A DNA stretch of 64,000 bases from Savitreella phatthalungensis (Eukaryota). Where the stretch lies: assembly GCA_051599415.1 (NCBI GenBank), contig AP039691.1, positions 62,001 through 126,000 on the forward strand. The letters run 5' to 3'. Made by a program: the position numbers and the translations under genes. Shown here in pieces: positions 11,656-21,845 of this stretch; within the stretch, counting starts at the first letter, position 1, and every line of letters starts with the position of its first letter. The notes beneath the pieces were generated by a model. It saw nothing but the letters and a program-made list of their open reading frames with translations. It was not told the DNA's origin and did not search any database.

Positions 11656-12501
11656 ATGATCTTGAACAGAGCCAGTCCTTATTTGACGAGATCGGTTTCG
11701 TCACCCCTCAGAAACATGCACATCAAACATATCCCCATGTGGGTTGGATCAGGTAACAATTACGCATACTTGATCGAATGCCCAGAGACTCGTGAGGCTG
11801 CTATCGTCGATCCTGCCGAGCCATCGTCAGTGCTGCCGGTACTGAAGCACGCAAAGGCTTCTGGGACCAAATTGACGCGGATCATCACAACACATCATCA
11901 TCAAGATCATGCAGGGGGCAACGCGGAAATACTGAAGCATTATCCAGAACTCGAAGTTGTCGGTAGTCGTCAGGCAGACAAGGTTCAGAAAACTCCTGCA
12001 GACGGCGAGAAATTCAAGATCGGATCCTCCATCGAGGTAACAGCCATTCATACTCCGTGCCACACTCAAGACTCGATCTGTTTCCGCGCGGAATCGTCAT
12101 GTGAGAAAGCCAGTAAGGCGGTTTTCACTGGTGATACGCTCTTCATCGCTGGTTGCGGACGATTCTTCGAGGGCTCTGCAAAAGAAATGGATACAGCCCT
12201 GAATACAAAGCTCGCAACTCTATCGGATGAGACACTCGTGTACCCTGGACATGAATACACGAAGGCGAATGCGACATTTGCGTTACAAGTTATGCCTAAA
12301 AGTACTGCTCTGCAAAAGCTCGTCGAATTCTGCAAGAGCAACCGCGAGACGTGCGGCAGGTTCACCATTGCCGATGAAAAGCTTCACAATCCTTTCATGC
12401 GCCTCGAGGATGCGGAAATACTGGAAAACATCGGATTGGCAGGCTCCCAGAACCGCGAGGCTATCATGGCGAAGCTTCGTGAAATGAAAAACAACTCGTA
12501 G
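11656..12501 (+). CDS. GLO2: Hydroxyacylglutathione hydrolase (glyoxalase II); 281-aa long form and 261-aa short form from ATG 11716
   Basis: Metallo-beta-lactamase motif THHHQDHAGGN, HTPCHT, FTGDTLFIAGCGRFFEG, YPGHEYT and EKLHNPFMR. Confidence 0.95.
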   Translation: MILNRASPYLTRSVSSPLRNMHIKHIPMWVGSGNNYAYLIECPETREAAIVDPAEPSSVLPVLKHAKASGTKLTRIITTHHHQDHAGGNAEILKHYPELEVVGSRQADKVQKTPADGEKFKIGSSIEVTAIHTPCHTQDSICFRAESSCEKASKAVFTGDTLFIAGCGRFFEGSAKEMDTALNTKLATLSDETLVYPGHEYTKANATFALQVMPKSTALQKLVEFCKSNRETCGRFTIADEKLHNPFMRLEDAEILENIGLAGSQNREAIMAKLREMKNNS

Positions 12502-12538
12502 GGCACCTTGCACGAAAATGTGGTCAATATATATTTCA

Positions 12539-14998
12539 TTACTGCGTATCGCCTAGGTCTGCGGTCCAGCCGCGCATCGTGTCAAGCGCAACGAGGTGAC
12601 GGCAGGTTGGTCGACCATGCGGACAGTGCCAGGGCTTGTCCATGGTAGACATGTGCCAGAGCACGGCCCGCATCTGCGCTGGCAACAGAGCTCTTCCAAT
12701 CATGATGGAAGATCTACACGCTCGAGACGCGAACATACGTCGTGCTTTGCGACAGCGTACGACGCAGTCGCGCGACCCAATGGCGACAGATGAGGGCGAC
12801 GCCACATTTGCTGAACCTGGAGCCGCCCGATTCTTCGGAATGTTTCGCCAGGGCGAGTCAACTATGGCGTCCAGAACTTCTCGCAAGTCATCGACGCCAA
12901 ATGCGATAGTGCCAGACACGGGAAGCTTGGTCAGATACAGGTCAGAGTCCTCGCCGTCATACCTGCCATCGGCTTCCGGCCTCTTGACGACTTCAAATCC
13001 ATTCTTACGAAGCATTTCCAAATGCTCATCAATGTTGACCCGATCTGCTGCGGTCAGGTCCAGCTTCAGCGGTACAGCAAGCGGCTGTGCATCGATAACC
13101 GCAAAGCGCATAAGTCTTTCGTAGTTGTACTTCTCGTCGGATGCATGTTGATCGATGATGAAGCAGTGCTGACCCTTGGCGTCCATTGCCACCACGAAGC
13201 CCAGATTGAATTGACCTATCACCCTCATGTCGGCAAAGTCACGTTTTCTCAGGTGCAAGGTCAACGCAGCCTCCGCTTCGGCCTGAGGTCGTCCGATACC
13301 AGCTTTCATGAAGTCAAAGTCGGCAGTATTCGATGTCCATTTCCGCGGCGCAGGAGAACTGCACATGACGATGCTACTCAATGCTGTCTGACGACAGCAT
13401 TGCAATTCGCTATGATGCTCGGCTCGCTCGAAAAGATCAAGCCTGTGTGAGAAGCGTGGAAGGAATCTCTTTGGGGGATCTTCGGTAGGTACAAAATCGC
13501 GTCCCCGATGATGCCCTTCCACATCTTCCTCAATCGTCTCAGGTATTCTTGTTTCAGGGCTGTCTGTTGCTGTACTATCTGCAAGCCTTGCCGCACTTGC
13601 GTCAGGCTGCAGCGCCACCCAGCTACCTGCAGGGAACTTGCTTGTGGATGACAGCGGTGAGGAATGTACATTCTCGCAGTGCGGCCTTGTTTCAAGCGCG
13701 TGCTTGACTGGAGCCGATCCTCTATTGGGCACCAGACTGTCGGTATGGGAGGTCATCTTCAGGCGCTTGTCCTTCTCGGACTGCCACGAAATTGCTCGCT
13801 TGCTGACCTCCCGCGACTCAGGAGACTCAGATTCATCGCTGGACTCGGGCAGGACGCATTTGAGAGTAGTTGAAGGCTCGTCTGCTGCATTGTGCCTCGA
13901 TGGACAGACCGATGACAGTCTCGAGGCGGGAAACATCTGTCGACTATGTCCATTCAAAAAGTGTTGTACATGCTCGAGTAGTCGTGGTAGAAGTACGTCT
14001 TGATCATGCAGAAAGATTGACTGCTTATCTGGGCTGACGTTGACATCGAACGAGTCTGGCGGAGCCTGTACGTCGACGATGAGGAATGGTGTTTTCTGTG
14101 CCACGAACAGATCATAAACATCATTGAAAAGACGACACACTTGCGGCAGACGGCACGGTCGCTGATTGACCATGGTGAATTGGCGCACCGCAATCGAAGG
14201 CATTGATGTGCCATATGATGGTGGAGATATCAAGCCCTGCACACGTACCTCACGTTGAGATCGCTGCGTACCGGTGGGTAGTCGCTCTGTCGGTGCAGGG
14301 ATTAAGAAGTCAAAGGGTAGCAAAATCTGACTTAGTCGGGGATGCACCACCTCTCCGACACAAGTCCGCGTTGACCCGCTGCCTGTTGTGTTGATGAGGA
14401 CGGTCCGAGTTCGTGCGCCTACAGAGTGGATGAGCTCAATCCTGATATCTGGACGAGCGATTGCAATCGACTCAATAAGCTTCACAGTCTTCGAAAGCTC
14501 ACGTCTTGTGTTCTTCTCGAGATCCTTGCGGCGGACGGGTAGATTGAAGAACAGGTCCGTTGCGATGAATTGCGAGCCCGGCTGGGCGGCGACGGTTTTT
14601 CGCGTTAGTAGTGTACCTTGATGATTATACTTGAGAGTGGCGCCGACTGGGGCAGATTGTCGTGTACAGGTGGTCACAACGACGCTGGCGAGTGCACAAA
14701 TTGAGGATAGCGCTTCTCCGCGAAATCCAAGCGACTCGAGCTTCTCCAAATCTGAGTAAATCCTCAGTTTGCTGGTGGCATGACTGATCATGAGAGCATC
14801 AAAGTCGCACTCCGCAATTCCGAAGCCGTTGTCAGTGATCTCGATGCTGTCAAGCCCGTAATTACAGAGCCTGATCGACACCTTCGAGGCGCGTGCATCA
14901 ATCGCATTATCGAGCAGCTCTTTGACGACATCTGCTATGCAAGTGATAACTTGTGCAGCCTGTAAGCGCTGTATCTGATCTGCGTGGATGGCACGCAT
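12539..14998 (-). CDS. PMS1: MutL-alpha endonuclease subunit Pms1 (mismatch repair), 819 aa
   Basis: GHKL ATPase motifs VKELLDNAIDA, DNGFGI and GFRGEALSS; endonuclease motif DQHASDEKYNYE; ACRSSIMIG and CPHGRP. First ATG is 14998. Confidence 0.93.
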   Translation of the reverse strand: MRAIHADQIQRLQAAQVITCIADVVKELLDNAIDARASKVSIRLCNYGLDSIEITDNGFGIAECDFDALMISHATSKLRIYSDLEKLESLGFRGEALSSICALASVVVTTCTRQSAPVGATLKYNHQGTLLTRKTVAAQPGSQFIATDLFFNLPVRRKDLEKNTRRELSKTVKLIESIAIARPDIRIELIHSVGARTRTVLINTTGSGSTRTCVGEVVHPRLSQILLPFDFLIPAPTERLPTGTQRSQREVRVQGLISPPSYGTSMPSIAVRQFTMVNQRPCRLPQVCRLFNDVYDLFVAQKTPFLIVDVQAPPDSFDVNVSPDKQSIFLHDQDVLLPRLLEHVQHFLNGHSRQMFPASRLSSVCPSRHNAADEPSTTLKCVLPESSDESESPESREVSKRAISWQSEKDKRLKMTSHTDSLVPNRGSAPVKHALETRPHCENVHSSPLSSTSKFPAGSWVALQPDASAARLADSTATDSPETRIPETIEEDVEGHHRGRDFVPTEDPPKRFLPRFSHRLDLFERAEHHSELQCCRQTALSSIVMCSSPAPRKWTSNTADFDFMKAGIGRPQAEAEAALTLHLRKRDFADMRVIGQFNLGFVVAMDAKGQHCFIIDQHASDEKYNYERLMRFAVIDAQPLAVPLKLDLTAADRVNIDEHLEMLRKNGFEVVKRPEADGRYDGEDSDLYLTKLPVSGTIAFGVDDLREVLDAIVDSPWRNIPKNRAAPGSANVASPSSVAIGSRDCVVRCRKARRMFASRACRSSIMIGRALLPAQMRAVLWHMSTMDKPWHCPHGRPTCRHLVALDTMRGWTADLGDTQ

Positions 14999-15537
14999 TC
15001 TCAGGCCCGTGATAAATGATGGTGTTGGCGTCAACGTCAACGGACGCGCTCTGAAGTCTCCATCTGCACAAGGATTCCGCCCAGGAAATGCTGTCCCACC
15101 AAGCAATCGCGGAGCTTCGTCCTTTCGAAGCGACTATGCTATGCTCTCAAATGAGAGTAGTGATATAGTCTGGGCTGACCATGCCCTAGCTTACTGAGCA
15201 GCCGGTACCTAAGGATCGGTACCGGTCGGTGCTGTTGGGAAGCTGGCGAGTCAAAGCCTAAAATCAAGCACTTGATCGAAGTCAGTGCATGTGCATATCA
15301 CCGCGGTGATCAATCGATCAATCACAGCGTCAATTTATTTTGACATGACCACGTACTGTAAATCTACGCATCGTACTCAATGAGATTCCCTGGACGACGT
15401 CACTTTGTTATTCGCAATTGTCGCCTCGAGCGAAAACGCAGTCCACTGCTGCGAAGGGGCACGCAGAAAAATAGCCGGGCATAGGCGTGAACTTACAACA
15501 GGTTCCCAAAGCCCATGTCACCGTGGCTGAAAAATAG

Positions 15538-16551
15538 ATGCTTGACCTCCATGCGCCTACCCACAAATTCAAGTCATTAGCTCGCAAGATCAATGCCTTC
15601 TTACCCGTCCTCGCGAGCCATGCTTCGGGCATTTTGACGACTCTCGCTCTCGCAGAAAGTCAGGTTGTGCTACCACGTCAAACTTCACCGGAAGTCCAAG
15701 TGAGGACCAAGCGCAAAAAGCGACGCGATGGGAGCTCAAATAGCTCAAGGTCCTCTAAATCACGTGCTTCTTATGCAAACCATCATCCACGGCAATTGGT
15801 CACCCAGAGTCATACTGGCGTCCTCGGACTCTACAGGCGCACCGCTTTTCGGCATGTCCTGGAAGTGATTCTCATCCGCGAGTTTATCCGTCAGGCGTGC
15901 ACGCGCAGTCAGGCCACCGTCTATGAATCCAAGTGGCTTGCAGGACCCCTTGCTGCGATTCTGTCGCCAATTACATTCGTCCTCATGTCAACCTTATTAG
16001 CACCTGCTAGGTTGCTTTCGACCGAGCTTATACTCTTTCAGCGCGGGGACTGGCGTTTTTTCCAGCTCAACGAGAAGATGATGCCGATCTTCTTACCGAC
16101 CATCGTATGTTCTACTTGGACAGCAATCACGCTGCTCTTCTTACCCAACAGCCACACCGAATTCTCGAGCCTCTTGGTCAAGTACCAGACGGGACTTTGC
16201 ACATGGTCCGACATAATTTGGACAGCTTCAGTCCGAACGGCACTGCCGACTGTGATATCATTCATCGCTTCGACATGGTTAGAATCGCTGCGGGTGCGGG
16301 CAGAGATTCTTGTGCTCAACAGTCATGGCGACGACACGATCATTACTGTGGACGACTCCTATCATGGCGACCTCACAGCCGCGCTCATCGCTGCCGAGCC
16401 CGATTATAGGCCTCTGGATGCCATGTGGCGTTGTGCGAAGCTCGCTTTATCGCTTGATCTAGTTTGCACAGGAACCCGCTTGTTATCTCAATGGCTTGAC
16501 CGCAAACATCTATGGTCAAGCTGGGATGTGCAGAGGCTCTTAGGCGATTGA
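15538..16551 (+). CDS. Uncharacterised protein with several hydrophobic (probable TM) segments, 337 aa
   Basis: 1 kb ATG-initiated ORF divergent from PMS1, with hydrophobic stretches (LAGPLAAILSPITFVLMSTLLAP; IFLPTIVCSTWTAITLLFL) and a basic RTKRKKRR patch. Start and family are uncertain. Confidence 0.6.
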   Translation: MLDLHAPTHKFKSLARKINAFLPVLASHASGILTTLALAESQVVLPRQTSPEVQVRTKRKKRRDGSSNSSRSSKSRASYANHHPRQLVTQSHTGVLGLYRRTAFRHVLEVILIREFIRQACTRSQATVYESKWLAGPLAAILSPITFVLMSTLLAPARLLSTELILFQRGDWRFFQLNEKMMPIFLPTIVCSTWTAITLLFLPNSHTEFSSLLVKYQTGLCTWSDIIWTASVRTALPTVISFIASTWLESLRVRAEILVLNSHGDDTIITVDDSYHGDLTAALIAAEPDYRPLDAMWRCAKLALSLDLVCTGTRLLSQWLDRKHLWSSWDVQRLLGD

Positions 16552-17149
16552 TGTCACGGAAATACTTCTACTCCACCTTGGATTCATAAATCACGGTTGT
16601 CGAGCGCATCATGCGTGTCGGTTTCGAGTTGGCGTCCATATGTACTCGTCATCCGACCGCCAGAGCCCTTGCAGGTCCGTGCCGACCGCAAGGATCCGGA
16701 TGCTCCCGTTCCCTGTCATCATGCATGACATGATGCCTCACATAACAGATGTATACTCTGGTGCTCGTGCACGGTCGTCAAGAAGACTTACATGCGTGCT
16801 TGCCACCATAAATAATATTAATATTATCTCAACGGAAATGTAATTTGAAATATTAAATTCATCATTAACATTCTTCTGATTCTGATGTCCTGAGTCAAAT
16901 TCAATTGAGTTCAGTCGAAGCTATAGCTAGATAGGGAATATATGAATATTGGTGTTGTACATGCAGTACGTACATACGCTCGACCACAGCTCGCGCTTGA
17001 CTCTTTGTGCTGAGTTTCTAAATTTAGCTTAGAGTGATATCCGCTTCCAAGAGCTATACGCGACTCGCATTTGACTGATAGAGTGTATCGGCCAGCGCCT
17101 TGCGAGGTCAGCAGAGATCACATCCAAAGGTGTCTCGATCGGTTGCTTT

Positions 17150-19389
17150 ATGGTAGCTGTCAATCTAGATGAAGCTTCCTGGGTCGAAACTCAACACAGA
17201 ACGTAATGTTAGAGCATCACGACGTGGATCCAAGCTAACTTGTCTCCAAGATTCACGACATGGCTGAATACGCAACTTGCACAGCGTCCGGACATAACTC
17301 CTGCAGATGATATTGTCACGGGTTTGAGCGACGGGACGCGCCTCATTCAGCTTCTTGAGATCATCAGCGATGAGAGTCTCGGTCGCTATAACAGGACGCC
17401 AAGACTGCGCGTGCAGAAAGCTGAGAACGTCAACAAGGCGCTGGAATTCGTGCGATCAAGAGGCATTCCTCTGACCAATATCGGTGCAGAAGGTAAGGCA
17501 CCAGATAGACAAGTCACCCTCGTTCAGCAAGACTGATTCTAGACTTCATCGATGGCAACCTCAAAATCATGTGTGGTCTTTTGTGGACGCTGATCCTGCG
17601 ATTCACAATAGCTGATATCCAGGTGGATGGCCTTAGTGCCAAGGAGGGTCTTCTACTATGGTGCCAGCGCAAGACACAGGGATATACCGGCGTGGACGTG
17701 ACAAATTTCTCCACCAGCTGGTCGGATGGATTGGCCTTCTGCGCCCTCTTACACAAATACAGACCTGACCTTATCCAGTTTGATCGCTTGGATGTACATG
17801 ACGCTCGGTCCAACACTGCAAAAGCCTTCAGTATCGCAGCCGAATGTGTGGACATACCGCCCTTACTCAGTGTCCAGGACGTATGCGACGTCTCGCGGCC
17901 CGATGAACGCTCTGTGATGACATACATTGCGCAGTATTTTCATGCTTTCTCTCATCTCGACAAGGTCGAGACAGCGGGACGGCGACTGGATAAGTTTGTC
18001 GACACTGTGCATTCAGCATGGGTAATGCAGGTTGAGTACGAGCGGCGAATGGCTCACTTGTACAGCTCAATCGAAAAGATCAAGCAAGAATGGGCTGCAA
18101 TGCTTCTCCCAGATCGTTACGATGATGCCAAGGCCTTATCGATTCGATTCTCAAGCTTTAAGAAAGTAGACAAGCGCGCCTGGGTGCGCGAGAAGTCGTC
18201 ATTGGAGTCTCTTTTTGGCAATATCCAGACGAAGTTGCAAACCTATCAGCTTCGCCCATGGCAGCCGCGAGATGGCATGTGCTTGGGTGATCTAGAGACT
18301 TGTTGGCGCGCTCTGCTGGAAGCAGAAGCCAAGGCTGCGACGAAGATCAATCACAGGATTTACACCATCAAGGAGAATCTGCGCATCTCATTTGCAGCCA
18401 AGACCAATGACTTTGCGCACATGCTGTCCGTGCTGTCAAATCACCTGTCCAATTTGGATGGCGAGCTAGAGGAGCAGCAAGCAGCAGTGCAAAACTTGGC
18501 AGAGCATCTAGAGCCTCTCCATATCGTGCTAGAGGAGATTTCGGCTGTCTCGAAGGAATGTGAGCGAGCAAATGTCGAAGAGGAAAACGACCATACGATC
18601 TACAGCTACGATGATGTGGCGTTTCAGTACAAATTGGCTCGAGAGAGTATTCTCAAAAGACTCCACTTCATCGACACACAACTGATAGCGAGGTCAAAGA
18701 GTAACGTGACCCCTGGGCAGCTGGAAGAAATCGATTCCGTGTTCCGCCATTTCGACCGAGACTCCGATGATCTACTTGTTGGGGAGGACTTCGTTGCAGC
18801 GCTTGCGAGTTTGGGCTTGACATATGACGACAACGAAACGCAGCTCATCTGGGAAAGGGTTGGGACAAGTATGCGGCTGCGACAGGCTCAGAACAGTCTG
18901 TCAGCCTTCGCGACCAAAGATCGACAAGGCGGTCATGGCCATCGTCGTGCTCAATCTGTCGCCTCAGCACGCACGCGCAGCACGTCTCCAAGGAAACATT
19001 CGCAACAACCCGAAGCACATCCTTCTGTGGACTATGAAGCGTTTCTGGATCTGATACTCGACGAGCTCGAAGACCAAGACTCTCCAGAACAAGTACTAGC
19101 CGCTTTCAAAGAAGTTGCAGATGGTCGAAACTTTGTGACTGAGCGGGACCTGCAACATGCACAGATCTCCCAGACAGCCATTTCCTATCTACGAGAAGCA
19201 ATGCCCGTTGTGCAGACCTCTGACCGCGATCTTGATGACGACGAGCTGCCGAGCGATCTGCAAAACGATCGCCGTCGCTCTCACGAAACATCGACAGCTC
19301 TCGATTATGTCGCATTTATGTCCGAGCTTGTTTTCGATGACAAACCGGTCGCGCCATCGCAAGACTCAGGTACAGGGTCCACAAAATGA
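17150..19389 (+). CDS. ain1: Alpha-actinin, 3 exons: 17150-17202, 17251-17492, 17543-19389 (713 aa)
   Basis: Splicing of intron 17203-17250 (GTAATG..GCTAAC..AAG) and intron 17493-17542 (GTAAGG..CTGAT..TAG) restores WVETQHRTFTTWLN and IGAEDFIDGNLKIMCGLLWTLILRF. Two CH domains (LLLWCQRKT, SWSDGLAFCALLH, PDERSVMTY), two spectrin-like repeats and an EF-hand region. Confidence 0.93.
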
Positions 19390-20092
19390 GTTCGTCCTTT
19401 CTAGTCCTGCGAAAGATTGCGATCGACCAATCTTTCGTACCATGAAACTCGCCCCTTGAGTGGCGCTTGTCGCAGAAACACTTGCAATGGCAATACATTA
19501 TCGTCCTGCAGTCTCAAACGACTTTTGATTATAGTGAAGCAATGGAATGCTCGAGCTTCGAAAACAGGTTGCAGTGTATGGCTTGATGTTCGCATTGACA
19601 GAGCAGTAGCATCAACTTGTGCCATATGATGTAGCCTCAGGATGCGCATCCTCTTTCTCCGATATCTCACCACTTGTTGAGAATTGAGCACAGCAAAGAC
19701 GATCGATTGAAGACCAAGTGGCGTACACACTTCATTTACTCTCAAGATTGATTTCTTAGTTATTTTGTACGCAGTATTAGTATGTTGATCGATTCCGTCA
19801 AATCTCGAGCACTCGATCGGATTGTGGCAATCGAGTGGATCGAATGGAAGGAATGTGGTCGATCGCAGCTGGCGATTCGATAGGACCGAGAGCAAGGAAA
19901 GCTATTAGACTATGATCCTCCCTCTCATCAGAGAGAGGGAAAAATGTTGGGTGAGAAGGCAGAAGGCGCGGTCGTAAAGTCTGAGTAGTGTTTTGGAGGA
20001 GATCTCCTCAAGAAAAGAGGCGGAGGTCAAAGTGCAGCATGGTTGAATGAACAGGAAAAAAGGAATAAACAACTCTCGTGGAGCACGGCTGA

Positions 20093-21845
20093 TCAGGTGT
20101 GATGGCGTCTGACCATCCATGCCTCGACATAGTGTGAAACCTTCTTCTGCTTGCGGTCTGCGTACTTCTCGAAGATTGCAGCATGATGCGAACGAGCGTC
20201 GAGCAGGCATTCGTTCAGAACGATCTCGGCCGCAGGTCGGATCTGTCGCTCCGTGTACGTGGAGAAATAGACGTGCGCATCCGGCCAGTCGTGGTTCTTG
20301 TCGAGAATCTGTCGGGCAAGATAGCCAGCGATGGCGGCCGAAAACGAAGGCGGACAACCCACAAAGCGGTGGGACATGAGCATGACCTCGAGTAAGTACT
20401 TGGCCACGGTCCGGGTGTCGACATCATAGTCATCAGCTTTCGAGATGCGCCGAAGGAATGACATCGGTCCTGGCCAGCCCAGATCGAAGTCGAGCATGCC
20501 GATCATGAAGCGTTCCGCCTTGAGGATCTCATCGGCCGAGTAGCCATTGTCAACCATGTAGACGATTTCCGAAACCGACGGACATTGTATTTCCTCGTAT
20601 TTGGATGCGAGGAAGAGTGCAGTAGCACCGACGAGTTGCAGCTTGTGTAATGACACCGATTTGACAGAGAGGAAACGGTCAATGAAGTTGATCGTGAGGA
20701 ACAGAGTCTCTGGCAGCAAGTGGAAGCGTGCATGTACCTGCACGAGCCAGTCAATCAAGATGCCGCGCATTTTCCATTCGAGATCAGGTTGGTGGTGCAT
20801 GTAGTGGCAATTGGGTGTCAGCCGACGCTCAACAGTGTGCAAATAGGCGAAAATATCGTCAGCGTACTCCTGTACCATCGATATATCGTTCCACTCGTCC
20901 CATTCATCGACAAAGTCAGTTGCAACACGCTGAAGCTCAGTTCTGTCCGCCTTCGTGTACACCGGTTCGACCACACTGCCATCCAAGAAGCCCGATACTG
21001 GGCGTGGAGCATTTGCTCGTGAGCTCGACTGCGGCCTGAGCACGTTGCTCGACTGGTGAATCTTGTGACGCCTTGCGGCATCGAGATCCATATCTGTATC
21101 AACGTCATCCAGGCTGCCATGGATGTCTTCGTGCTCTCTATCGTCGAAGTATGCCGCAGCTTCGAAGTGCTCGCCTTCATCTCCAGCGAGATCGTCCTCA
21201 TCCTCACCAAATGCTTCTGACTGATGCTCCTCCTCTATTTCGTCAGACACCTCAGTGGCATCGTCATCAACCATATCATCAACTTCGAGATCGATGACGT
21301 GCTGCATAGGTTTGACATCGACGAGAGACTGCTGCCGATCGAGTGGAGCTGAGTGTGTACGAGGGACGGCAGACTGTGGAGCTGCGAGCATGTGACTCGG
21401 AACAAAGGCGTCCTTCAGTGGACGGACGGGACGAGCTGACAAGCCTGCGTTGGAGGTTGCGTCGATCACAACTGTCTTTTGCTGCGGTTGTAGAGCAGCT
21501 GTGCCTCGATTGCTCACATCTCCCAAAGCCGTGCGTTTGGCACCAGCCTTGAGTGGATTGGCAGAGACATTACCCTTCGGCAGGAAGCTCTGGCTGTGGG
21601 CTGCAGCTACAGCGGCAGCAGCTGCGGCCGTTGAGGTGACTGTCACATTGTTGGCCTTGCTAGCTAAGGCAGTGCCTGCTGACTGACGGAGGGTCTTGCC
21701 CTGCAGATGATTTTGGACCTGTTGGTTGGCATTCTCGTCCTGCCGGATGACCTGCTTGGCTCTTGTGGACGGCTGCCGGCGATGCTGCTGCCAGTTAGTA
21801 ACGTAAGAAGCCCAGGATGAATCATTGACTTACCTGAGTGGCCAT
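20093..21845 (-). CDS. CLB3: B-type cyclin, Clb3/Cig1-like; exon 1 21845-21834 (MATQ), exon 2 21787 (or 21784) to 20093, about 568 aa
   Basis: Cyclin box MRGILIDWLVQVH..LPETLFL..LQLVGATALFLASKYEE; WPGPMSFLRRISKADDYD resembles the Clb3/4-Cig1 group; D-box RTALGDVSN. The intron has a GTAAGT donor, a TACTAAC branch and a CAG acceptor and splices in frame. Confidence 0.9.
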
